Virus record (IMG/VR): IMGVR_UViG_3300029318_000101
Location: 1-24,069 of that record
Source of the DNA: a virus
Taxonomy: Duplodnaviria; Caudoviricetes
Direction: 5' to 3' (one strand)
DNA length: 24,069 bases
The notes under the pieces are model-generated. The model had not been told where the DNA came from. It searched no databases and saw nothing but the letters and a program-made list of their open reading frames with translations. Of this stretch, positions 9,031-17,184 are shown piece after piece; within the stretch, counting starts at the first letter, position 1; every line of letters begins with the position of its first letter. Position numbers and translations under genes: made by a program.

Positions 9031-9403
9031 AAGCGGATCTAAAGTTGATCCTACGTATCTCACGCGGCTGCAAACCGGGGACTTCTTCGCCAAGCTTCAA
9101 AGCCTCCTTGTATGCAGTTGATGACACACGTCGTTGTAAGAGTCCAAAGTCGCCGGTTGCTGTGACATGGGCGTACAAAGTATCCCAGTCAGTAACTTCT
9201 GGCACTGTGTCCTCTCGTATGGAGATGGAAGCTACCGAAGTGCCTGTCTTCGATACTCCCTGCTCATCCAACTTTTTAAGTAGCTCGTAATCTATTTCGT
9301 CTTGCTCTTTACGTAGCTCTTTTAGTTCTGCGTTTAGACCATCCATTTTCTTTTTAACATTTGCACGGTCTTGTATTAAGTCTTCTAACGTCCTGATTTT
9401 CAT
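9029..9403 (-). CDS. Conserved phage replication-module protein (coiled-coil N-terminus, Gam/Gp157-like character)
   Basis: N-terminal coiled coil followed by VTDWD..Y..V...LLQRRVS...E.VPGL, a pattern seen beside SSB/helicase genes in phages. Confidence 0.6.
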   Translation of the reverse strand: MKIRTLEDLIQDRANVKKKMDGLNAELKELRKEQDEIDYELLKKLDEQGVSKTGTSVASISIREDTVPEVTDWDTLYAHVTATGDFGLLQRRVSSTAYKEALKLGEEVPGLQPREIRRINFRSA

Positions 9404-9412
9404 AATCTGCCC

Positions 9413-10753
9413 TCATTTAGCATCGTTGAGTTGTTTAAGTAAGTCTAACAAATCTTCCATTCGTTCTAGCTTTCCTGCTAGTTTATCGTACACATCTGGC
9501 TCCCAAGTATCTTTTGCAGCAATGTGTATAACTTCTGTCCGGCTTGTTTGGCCAGCACGGTATATACGTCTGTTGAACTGTTGGTAATGCTCGGCGTTGT
9601 ATGTAGGTGAGGCCCAAATAACTGTGGTAGCTTTAGTCATTGTGAGTCCGTGACCCGCCGATTGAGGATGGCAAAATACCACCTTCAACTGACCTGCTTG
9701 CATCCTGTCAACAATGTCTTTACGTTTGTTAGGAGGTACAGAGCCGTCTATTGTAGCATGTTTTATACCTAGTTTGTCTGCTAATTCAGCCATATGACGC
9801 TGTTCGTGCTTCCAATTAAATGCAACAAGCGTGTGTTTACGCTCCTGCACTAGCTGCATAACTAAGTCGTATCGTTCCGAATGAACATTTTCTACATTAC
9901 CTTCTTCGTCATACACACTACCTGTACAAAGTTGCAGTAGTTTCTTTACTTTTGCACCAGCATGTATAGCGTTTATTGTTTTTTGGCCTGTATATAGCAC
10001 TGAGTCTTCACTGAATGTCCTGTATTGCAACATTGTTTTAGGGGGCAATGTGACATACAAAGTTTGCGTAACTTGCTCTGGCATATCAATACAGTCTTTT
10101 AAGTTGTATCGTATGTTGATGTCACTAAGTGCGGCGGCTACTATTTCTTCTGCGTTGTCTTTATCTACCCACTCATTAGCAAACCCGTTGAAACGAGACG
10201 TACATACTGAGCTACGGAACGAGTAGAACTTGTGACCTAGTCGTTGGCCGTTGTCAATAATTAGTGTTGGGTGCCAGATGTCTAAAATGGTATTACTGTT
10301 AGGTGTACCTGACATAGCAATGCGGTATTGAAACAACTGGGAGATAACAAACGCAGCTTTACTACGTTGCGAATCTTTGTTCTTAAATGCTGTAAACTCA
10401 TCAATACAAAGGGTGTCAAAACCTTTTAGTACAGCTGGATTTTTGGCTAGCCATTTAACTGCATCATGATTAGTAATAACGATGTCTGTTTTTTCTTTGA
10501 ATGCTTTTGCTCGGTTCTTTGCATAAGCAACTGAATAAGTAAGCTCGGGAGCAAACTTATCAATGTCATCACCCCAACTAGGTTCTAGTATAGATAGCGG
10601 TGCAACTACCAACATACGTCCTTTCTTACGCTGTTTGTAAGCATCAATAACACTGCGTGTTTTACCTGTGCCGGGATCTGATGTTATCAACGCACGAGGG
10701 GTTTTAAGAAGGAAGTCAGTAGTAGCTGTTTGATGTTCAAAAGGTTGTAGCAT
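9413..10753 (-). CDS. SNF2-family (SF2) DNA helicase
   Basis: PFEHQ, Walker A DPGTGKT, IDEFT, SGTP, GHGLTM and QFNRRIYRAGQ motifs. Start is the ATG at 10753 or the GTG at 10762. Confidence 0.92.
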   Translation of the reverse strand: MLQPFEHQTATTDFLLKTPRALITSDPGTGKTRSVIDAYKQRKKGRMLVVAPLSILEPSWGDDIDKFAPELTYSVAYAKNRAKAFKEKTDIVITNHDAVKWLAKNPAVLKGFDTLCIDEFTAFKNKDSQRSKAAFVISQLFQYRIAMSGTPNSNTILDIWHPTLIIDNGQRLGHKFYSFRSSVCTSRFNGFANEWVDKDNAEEIVAAALSDINIRYNLKDCIDMPEQVTQTLYVTLPPKTMLQYRTFSEDSVLYTGQKTINAIHAGAKVKKLLQLCTGSVYDEEGNVENVHSERYDLVMQLVQERKHTLVAFNWKHEQRHMAELADKLGIKHATIDGSVPPNKRKDIVDRMQAGQLKVVFCHPQSAGHGLTMTKATTVIWASPTYNAEHYQQFNRRIYRAGQTSRTEVIHIAAKDTWEPDVYDKLAGKLERMEDLLDLLKQLNDAK

Positions 10754-10787
10754 AGTAATCACTCATTGATTGAATGTTAGTTTATCG

Positions 10788-11462
10788 TCAATGTTCTATG
10801 AACACAATAGGTTTTTCGGATGACCAACAGTAACCGCAATCCGCGCAACTTGGTGTCTTACCCTGTTGCTCGGGACACACTACGTGGTTCGTGGTTCGCG
10901 GTTCCTTAGTCACTAAAGCTATAAAGCTGCTTGTTTTTTCTTCCTCATCGGAATAACGAATACGCCATCTGTCTGAAAAAGATACATTTAGTTTATTAAT
11001 TACCCTACCAATAACACTATTTTTAAACCAGTGCGTGTATCCAAACACATGTAGATTGGGGAAAGACATCAACATCTTCTTCCAAAACTCTACATATTCT
11101 TTACTGTAAAAGTCACCTAGTACATGCAGCCTAATAACAAAGCCTGTAGGGTGCTTGACTGAAAGACCCATAAGTTGTGCTTTTAATAATGTTAAGAAGT
11201 TAGGGTCAGTATGGTCAAAGCGGTGTGCAAAAGGCATATTGTTACCATAACAAACATCCCATTGACTGCATGAAGTAGGACAGGTGGCTCGTTCCTCTAG
11301 TGTTAGAGAATACATTGTCATACCTTTCCACTTCTTAACAGATACTTTGTCACCAAGTTTTTTGTTTTGTTTACCGCGTTTTAGCATATTTATGCTTGCG
11401 GGTTTGACACCTTTTCTATACCGCGTGTGCGGCGATTGGAACTTCCTGTTTGTCAATGTCAT
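10788..11462 (-). CDS. Gp88-like Cys-rich protein (divergent radical-SAM-like Fe-S protein)
   Basis: N.KLG, TCPTSC....CY, RLHVLGDFYS, FGYTH and CPEQ.....CADCGYCW motifs; GAGGAG RBS before the ATG at 11462. Confidence 0.7.
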   Translation of the reverse strand: MTLTNRKFQSPHTRYRKGVKPASINMLKRGKQNKKLGDKVSVKKWKGMTMYSLTLEERATCPTSCSQWDVCYGNNMPFAHRFDHTDPNFLTLLKAQLMGLSVKHPTGFVIRLHVLGDFYSKEYVEFWKKMLMSFPNLHVFGYTHWFKNSVIGRVINKLNVSFSDRWRIRYSDEEEKTSSFIALVTKEPRTTNHVVCPEQQGKTPSCADCGYCWSSEKPIVFIEH

Positions 11463-11721
11463 TGTTGCTCTCCTCGCGTAATAACACATCTACAGGTGCA
11501 TATGTTTCTATTACTACCCTTGCACCACAGGATAATATAGGTTTATCTGTTTCGGAATAACGTACACGAGAAGGCCCATGTATTAAAACGTGATGTCCAT
11601 AAGTATTGTTTTTACCGTCTTTAACAGTTATTACTGGCTCATCAGTTTTATTTTTGTGGTTAGATTTTATTTTATGCTGGTTTATGTGTATGTATTTACG
11701 CCGTTTGTGGGATATCTGCAT
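11416..11721 (-). CDS. Conserved hypothetical phage protein
   Basis: AAGGAG RBS before the ATG at 11721. IHINQHKI.....PVITVK...I.GPSRVRY...LSCGARVVIET resembles a common environmental-phage family. Confidence 0.7.
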   Translation of the reverse strand: MQISHKRRKYIHINQHKIKSNHKNKTDEPVITVKDGKNNTYGHHVLIHGPSRVRYSETDKPILSCGARVVIETYAPVDVLLREESNNDIDKQEVPIAAHAV

Positions 11722-12331
11722 ACTCAACTCCTTCTTTTTCTTTATTCCATCGAACAACATAGTCGCGCCAGTCGTGGTCAGATGTAGGTGGTTTCATAAC
11801 ATTGTCGCCAGTTATTTCGAAAAAAACATTAGCAGCTTCTAAAAAATCTTTTTCTTCGCCTAGTCTGCTTAACGCACCTACATATATACCTTCGCCTTCT
11901 TTGTTTGAAGCGGCGTGCCACACCCCTCTACCAAAGTTGGCTGTGTAGTCCTCATCATAGAAAGATGCAGTAAACCGCACTTCTGGATATCTTTTAGACC
12001 ACTCCTGTACAAAAGGAGCGGCGAATGACCATGCTGTAGCAAACTCTATTGTATACATATAACCAGTGCTACCTTCAACCGCATCTCTTAAAATTAAGTC
12101 TCGGGTGATTTCATTAGTGTGACACGCATCCCACTTAGTGCCCCAGTTCTCGCAATTCCAACTGTACCAATCTTCGTTCTCATTAGGAGCCGGTATAATT
12201 GTATTGAAAGATATATGATTTTTAGGATTACCTTTCTCGTCATCCTTAGAAAGTACAGCTTCTATTGCCTGTACCAGTTGTATTTTAGTAGGTGCAAATA
12301 CATCTATTTTAGTTGTGATCCAGTTTGGCAT
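11696..12331 (-). CDS. DUF1281 / YubB ferredoxin-like domain protein
   Basis: MPNW start, WYSWNCENWGTKWDA and F.TAWS motifs; GGAGG RBS. Confidence 0.8.
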   Translation of the reverse strand: MPNWITTKIDVFAPTKIQLVQAIEAVLSKDDEKGNPKNHISFNTIIPAPNENEDWYSWNCENWGTKWDACHTNEITRDLILRDAVEGSTGYMYTIEFATAWSFAAPFVQEWSKRYPEVRFTASFYDEDYTANFGRGVWHAASNKEGEGIYVGALSRLGEEKDFLEAANVFFEITGDNVMKPPTSDHDWRDYVVRWNKEKEGVEYADIPQTA

Positions 12332-12348
12332 GTTAAATCCTCCATAAA

Positions 12349-12630
12349 TTAATATTCATCAAATTCCCACACAGAGGTGGGCTCTAGTACTTCTATTCTT
12401 TGTAGCCAATCGCGTGGGATTGCAATATGAGCTCCCCCTTCACGTAGCGTGTCTTCAACTACGCGTGATCGCATTATTATTACTTTTTTTGCATCAAAAT
12501 ATACCATCCACCCTACTTCCTGACATATAGCTATGTCATGGTTCAATATATTATCTATAGGTTGCCACCCAGTCTCTCCGTCCTGAGCATCTCTCCAAGT
12601 AACACGAACCATAGGGTATTCTTTTTCCAT
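12349..12630 (-). CDS. Hypothetical phage protein
   Basis: 93 aa with V.V.W.DA....W and IP..W patterns; TAATG coupling to the upstream gene. Confidence 0.7.
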   Translation of the reverse strand: MEKEYPMVRVTWRDAQDGETGWQPIDNILNHDIAICQEVGWMVYFDAKKVIIMRSRVVEDTLREGGAHIAIPRDWLQRIEVLEPTSVWEFDEY

Positions 12631-12926
12631 TAGCGTCCCGGTTTAGTTAAGACCCACTTGTGTTTGAAGAATGGAAACTTTGATGTTTTGTTGATTTTTA
12701 GTGACTCGCGATACATTGTGCGTTTGAGAACAAACAACACAACAGATACAAGCAAGCCACCAAACAGTGCTGCCATCATGCCTGCATATGTACCAGCTAG
12801 TGTATACATAAGTAACATGGTAACGGCAATGTCGATAGGTATGTCATACGCAATAACACGTCGAATACCAAATTTAAACAGTAGAAACAGCAAGCCGGTT
12901 GCTGCGATAAGTCCTGCAGTAATCAT
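12630..12926 (-). CDS. Small membrane protein (2-3 TM segments)
   Basis: AGGAG RBS; hydrophobic segments followed by a basic C-terminal tail. Confidence 0.75.
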   Translation of the reverse strand: MITAGLIAATGLLFLLFKFGIRRVIAYDIPIDIAVTMLLMYTLAGTYAGMMAALFGGLLVSVVLFVLKRTMYRESLKINKTSKFPFFKHKWVLTKPGR

Positions 12927-12999
12927 ATGTAACTCCTATAATAGCGGCTAGTAAAAGTGCAAGGTCAATGAAACTAATAATTCTGAAAAAGGTAATCAT
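12874..12999 (-). CDS. Putative 41-aa single-TM protein (not in the ORF track)
   Basis: GGAG-AAAAAA-ATG start; MITFFRIISFIDLALLLAAIIGVTYDYCRTYRSNRLAVSTV; ATGA overlap with the upstream ORF. Confidence 0.5.
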   Translation of the reverse strand: MITFFRIISFIDLALLLAAIIGVTYDYCRTYRSNRLAVSTV

Positions 13000-13157
13000 T
13001 TTTTTCTCCAAAACAGAGCGCAATACGCAATACAAAAAAGTGAAACAATTGCGAAGTACGCTTGAAAGCTCATTGCAATTGCAGTTGATAACACTGAAGC
13101 TACAAGTGCTATAAATACAATAAATAGAAAATAAATCATTAATCGTTTTTTAGTCAT
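12996..13157 (-). CDS. Putative 53-aa two-TM membrane protein (not in the ORF track)
   Basis: MTKKRLMIYFLFIVFIALVASVLSTAIAMSFQAYFAIVSLFCIAYCALFWRKK; TAATG coupling upstream with a GGAGG RBS; positive charges at both ends. Confidence 0.65.
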   Translation of the reverse strand: MTKKRLMIYFLFIVFIALVASVLSTAIAMSFQAYFAIVSLFCIAYCALFWRKK

Positions 13158-13348
13158 TAAAATTGTTCCTCCAATGGTACGGGTTCATCTAGTTCGTAGT
13201 CTTCATACATCTGTACCTGACAACATTTAGATACAAATTGAATACATTCATCGACAGATACATTGCCCCAAAACTCCGTTACGCCAACACCAAAATCTAC
13301 GAGCTCACCTTGGCAGGCTTGTCTACAATGCCCACATACATAGTTCAT
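13157..13348 (-). CDS. Small Cys-rich (Zn-ribbon-like) protein
   Basis: CGHC...SKCC; the ATG at 13348 overlaps the upstream stop (ATGA). Confidence 0.6.
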   Translation of the reverse strand: MNYVCGHCRQACQGELVDFGVGVTEFWGNVSVDECIQFVSKCCQVQMYEDYELDEPVPLEEQF

Positions 13349-13530
13349 GGCAAATACACTACACACTCTGAGTCAACCATAAATGTGTCCAGTATTTTAA
13401 AGGCATCTGTGTGTTTGTGACCATCTTGTTTAAGCAATCTTATTGCTTCATTTATTGCGTCATAGACCATATTAGGATTGATTCCCGCATCGTCTACATA
13501 GTCACCCGGTTGTGGTTTTATCTTGATCAT
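13345..13530 (-). CDS. Hypothetical protein
   Basis: AGGAG RBS before the ATG at 13530 (MIKIKPQPG...). Confidence 0.55.
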   Translation of the reverse strand: MIKIKPQPGDYVDDAGINPNMVYDAINEAIRLLKQDGHKHTDAFKILDTFMVDSECVVYLP

Positions 13531-13687
13531 ATTTACTACTCCTAAGTTCGCTAGTTGATACACAATTAATGTAATCACATGTTTTGAAAATTACACCTTT
13601 ACAAAAGTAACCTAATAATTTTCCGTCATATGTGGTTACAGGTTCTAAAATTTTATTGCACTTTGGACATGATTTTATTGTATCCAT
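13502..13687 (-). CDS. Small Zn-ribbon protein
   Basis: CPKC...FC.......CDY; TAATG coupling to the nuclease gene. Confidence 0.6.
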   Translation of the reverse strand: MDTIKSCPKCNKILEPVTTYDGKLLGYFCKGVIFKTCDYINCVSTSELRSSKYDQDKTTTG

Positions 13688-14442
13688 TAATTTACCCCCC
13701 ACTGGCATTCTGGTTCATCTCCTTTGCGATAGGAGCACCATCTACATGCATCTTTGCTAGGAGTCGGATCAAATTCAGTTGCGGTAGTCATAGCGATACC
13801 GCGTTTATGCCAGCCGGGTAAAAAGATCATAGCTTGATCTCGTGTATAACTTTTTTTAGTCATTTCTGCATGATCTAGATACCAAAACTCTACTTGTACA
13901 TATTGGATGTGAGGGTATCTGCAGAAAGTACCTATGGCGTACAAAAGACCTTGCTGGCTGTGGGCCATTTCGTTACCAAACTTTTTGCCTGTTTTGTAAT
14001 CAATAACTCTTGCTGATTGTTCATCCTCATTTACAAGAGCATCTAATTTGATACGAGCCCACGTAGCTTTTTCTACCCAACCTACAGGCTGCCAATCTAA
14101 ATCAAAGCCCCATTCACCTTCAAGCTCTACTTTAGCGTCTGCATAAAGCTCTCGTAGCTCTTCAAATTCATCTTTAAATTTGTGCAGGGTGTCAGGCATT
14201 TCGCCAATGGTACCATTGACGTAATCCTCGGCTTGCTGATGTATTTCTGTTCCGCGATCCGCGGCTGGGTTGGATGGTTCTCGTATTTTCTTAACTTTTT
14301 GTATATAACTGCGATATGGGCAGTCTTCAAACACTTTGAGAGCTGAGTAACTCCACGCTCTTAAATCACCTAATTGTTCTGGTTTTGCTAATGTATCTAC
14401 TTTTACTTTATCAGGCCGTTGTTCTTGAGTTAAAGCTACCAT
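13687..14442 (-). CDS. Cas4/RecB-like PD-(D/E)XK exonuclease with a predicted Fe-S cluster
   Basis: WSYS...CP, G..IH, KLD, IDYKTG, Q..LY and C-terminal CRWC.......C motifs. Confidence 0.88.
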   Translation of the reverse strand: MVALTQEQRPDKVKVDTLAKPEQLGDLRAWSYSALKVFEDCPYRSYIQKVKKIREPSNPAADRGTEIHQQAEDYVNGTIGEMPDTLHKFKDEFEELRELYADAKVELEGEWGFDLDWQPVGWVEKATWARIKLDALVNEDEQSARVIDYKTGKKFGNEMAHSQQGLLYAIGTFCRYPHIQYVQVEFWYLDHAEMTKKSYTRDQAMIFLPGWHKRGIAMTTATEFDPTPSKDACRWCSYRKGDEPECQWGVN

Positions 14443-14476
14443 ACTGAGTTCCTTTGTGGGAAATCAACAGTATAGC

Positions 14477-16984
14477 TTAACTTTCAGCTGCAGGGAGCAA
14501 TTTTTTGTCACCTTCATTGAAGTATTTTTGGACTATTTCGTGATACCTGATGTCATCCATTTGCCAGTTTGTAACCACTCCTCTAACTGGATTTACATTA
14601 CGCCCAGCGTTATGCGGCCTGCGTCTGTCTCTTTGTAGTCCGCATCTTTCTGATTTTTTCATAAAGTCGCGTTGTGACATCCTGTCGTCAGTGAGCACAA
14701 TATATACAATTCTAAGATGTTCTAGTTGTATAATAGAGAAAGGATAATCTCTTTCTGCAATCCAAGTCTTTACAAAGCGTTGTGCAGTGGTTATTTCTTG
14801 ACCTTGCATTACATTAGTTAGTTCCATATCTAACAAGTCAATAAAGAATTCTAAGTTACCTTTGCGTACAGCAGCAAAGAATTCTTCCATAACAGACATA
14901 GTAACTTGTTGCATCTGCGCTTTTGCATTGTTGGATACAGGTGTTCTTACAAGCCTTGTGTTTACTTTATATGTAGATAACACACCTGCAAATTTAGATA
15001 ATTCAGTTTCTAAGTTATCTATATTTTCAATGACTTCTGGATATACTTCTTCTAATTTCTTTTCTTGCCTAGCCGCAATGTTGTATCGGCGGTCACCTTC
15101 TTCTATTTTTACTGCATCCATACGGTTAGTTAAGAATATAAAATTAGTAAAGTTAGGCATCTCAACTTGGTTACTACGCATAGCACGTATGGTCATAGTG
15201 TTTTCTGTAATAGCATTTTTTAATTTGTCGGCGATTTTCATCGTGCCTGCTGAAGCTGATGCCATGTGAAACTCATCAACAACTAAAAACAATGCTTGTC
15301 TCATATACAAGTTGAATTGTTCTTCAATATTTTGCAATGCCCTCATAGGCACATGTTCTTCACCGAACAAAGGTCGTAATACTTTTGTATAAAAGATACC
15401 TTTGCCTGTGCCGGGTACACCTTGTAGCACCCAAGCGGTCATTGCTTTCTTTCTAGTTTGGAATATGTAAGCTAACCAGTTTGTAAAATGTTCTAGCTCA
15501 AGGTCTTCTCCGCCAAGTATATGGCGCATTAATTTATATATAAGCGGGCATATATCTTGTAGTTCATTTATTTCGCCCATTGTAAGACGAGTCTTTGGTT
15601 GTTGAGGGTATAACATGTATTCAGTTTTTCTATACATGTTTACATAGTAAGGTACGTTAGTTAAGTTAACTGCTGTTTCTTTTGCGGTAGGATCAAAGAC
15701 GACTCTTGCATCAGGTATAAAATCTGGTTTGGCTCTGCCGTGAGAACGCATAAACCCTTCTGTGCTAGAAGAATTGCAAGGCAGTAAAGGATAATCTGCA
15801 GTAAATTGATTTAAATTAGGGTCAAACAAACCGTTGTAGTATGTGTCAGTATAGTAATCACGTAACACAATTGGTTGGTTTGCTCTGCCTTGTTTGTCTA
15901 ATTGATCTTTATAATGTTCAAACAAAGTAGCATAAAAATCAGGATCTACTTTTTCTATTGACCATATTGGTTCACCTTTGAAGTTATACATATAAGTAGG
16001 ATCTTCAAGGTGAAAATAATATGCATTGCTGTCGCCACCGTTTACATTACAACGTACATATGGTGGATTCGTATCATCTGCAATTGATATCGACATTCGA
16101 TCTGGGTTTTGTAATATTTCTTCTGTTCTGTTTGCAACAGTAGCTAAAGTTATTTTTTCTTTTTTGGCATTGAAACCTTTAGCTTTTCGTAGTTCATTCT
16201 TTTTATTGTTTACTAATTGATTAACTGACTCTGGACTTAAATCACTCATTAGACCTGCTAAATCAATTGAAGGCACATTTCCATTTACCCGCACGATCCG
16301 ATCTTGGGGGGTAAGAAACGGATCGGCGGATGGATCTTCAAAGGTAGGAGGTGCTATGAAGATAAGTTTAGAGTTGTCAGCAACAGATATATCGATAGGA
16401 TATTTTAATGAATGTCCGTTAGCTGACAGTTCGATTTGGGATTTAAATAGATCAGAATTAAAATTAACGGATTGAAGCCATAATTTAATTGCTTTAGCAG
16501 GAACAGCATAGGTAAGTAATATAAATATATGTAGGGATATTTTTGGGTTTTTAAGTCCTAAACTTGCAGAGGCTTGAGCTATATAACTTACATTATTGAA
16601 CTCAACCGGCATCTCGCTGAGTATTTCAGCAGCTATTCTTGATACATCGTTTTGAGTGTACTTGAGTGGTTGGTTTGTAGAAGATAAAGATAAGCCATCT
16701 ATATCTAAAACTAAAAGATTAGAATAAGCAATACGGTCTGTTTTACCTGCCCTGCTTTCATCTCTAAGTATTCTTTTAAGTGGGCCTTTTAAAAGGCAGC
16801 TTCCTTTTGCAGAATAGTTACGGAGGTGTGTTTCGAAATCTTGTAAACCATGTGGAGCTATATCAATTTTTTCTATATAAGAGTTTACGTTTTTTACTTG
16901 GGGGTAAGCGGTAAAACCGTTTTTTGGTGAGTGTTTTTTACTGAGAGCGAGTCCATTTGCCGCTTCTAAAAACGTAACTTCCAT
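14477..16984 (-). CDS. DNA primase (prim-pol-like) fused to an SF3/D5-like (DUF5906) NTPase helicase
   Basis: N-terminal LVLDIDG and SLHIF; Walker A GVPGTGKG, Walker B VVDEF, FLTN and DRRY; AGGAGGAG RBS. Confidence 0.85.
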   Translation of the reverse strand: MEVTFLEAANGLALSKKHSPKNGFTAYPQVKNVNSYIEKIDIAPHGLQDFETHLRNYSAKGSCLLKGPLKRILRDESRAGKTDRIAYSNLLVLDIDGLSLSSTNQPLKYTQNDVSRIAAEILSEMPVEFNNVSYIAQASASLGLKNPKISLHIFILLTYAVPAKAIKLWLQSVNFNSDLFKSQIELSANGHSLKYPIDISVADNSKLIFIAPPTFEDPSADPFLTPQDRIVRVNGNVPSIDLAGLMSDLSPESVNQLVNNKKNELRKAKGFNAKKEKITLATVANRTEEILQNPDRMSISIADDTNPPYVRCNVNGGDSNAYYFHLEDPTYMYNFKGEPIWSIEKVDPDFYATLFEHYKDQLDKQGRANQPIVLRDYYTDTYYNGLFDPNLNQFTADYPLLPCNSSSTEGFMRSHGRAKPDFIPDARVVFDPTAKETAVNLTNVPYYVNMYRKTEYMLYPQQPKTRLTMGEINELQDICPLIYKLMRHILGGEDLELEHFTNWLAYIFQTRKKAMTAWVLQGVPGTGKGIFYTKVLRPLFGEEHVPMRALQNIEEQFNLYMRQALFLVVDEFHMASASAGTMKIADKLKNAITENTMTIRAMRSNQVEMPNFTNFIFLTNRMDAVKIEEGDRRYNIAARQEKKLEEVYPEVIENIDNLETELSKFAGVLSTYKVNTRLVRTPVSNNAKAQMQQVTMSVMEEFFAAVRKGNLEFFIDLLDMELTNVMQGQEITTAQRFVKTWIAERDYPFSIIQLEHLRIVYIVLTDDRMSQRDFMKKSERCGLQRDRRRPHNAGRNVNPVRGVVTNWQMDDIRYHEIVQKYFNEGDKKLLPAAES

Positions 16985-17001
16985 AGCTCCTCCTACAGGG
17001 C

Positions 17002-17184
17002 TTATTTATTCTGTTTTAAATTGTATATTTCTTCGCGATCTATATTGACGTTTTTTTCTGCTTCAAAAGTAAGTCTAATTTGATTTTTATCTATTCTAGA
17101 TACTTTTAAAGTAGTTATTACGCCATTCTTGTCGTGAACAACAACTGATTCTTCTAATTTCCGTGTTAAAACTAACCTTGTCAT
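17002..17184 (-). CDS. csrA: CsrA/RsmA-family RNA-binding translational regulator
   Basis: 60 aa. LVLTRKLEESVVV..NQIRL..A..V.IDREEIY aligns by eye with CsrA LILTRRVGETLMI..NQVRI..A..VSVHREEIY, and the RNA-binding Arg of REE is retained. Confidence 0.88.
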   Translation of the reverse strand: MTRLVLTRKLEESVVVHDKNGVITTLKVSRIDKNQIRLTFEAEKNVNIDREEIYNLKQNK

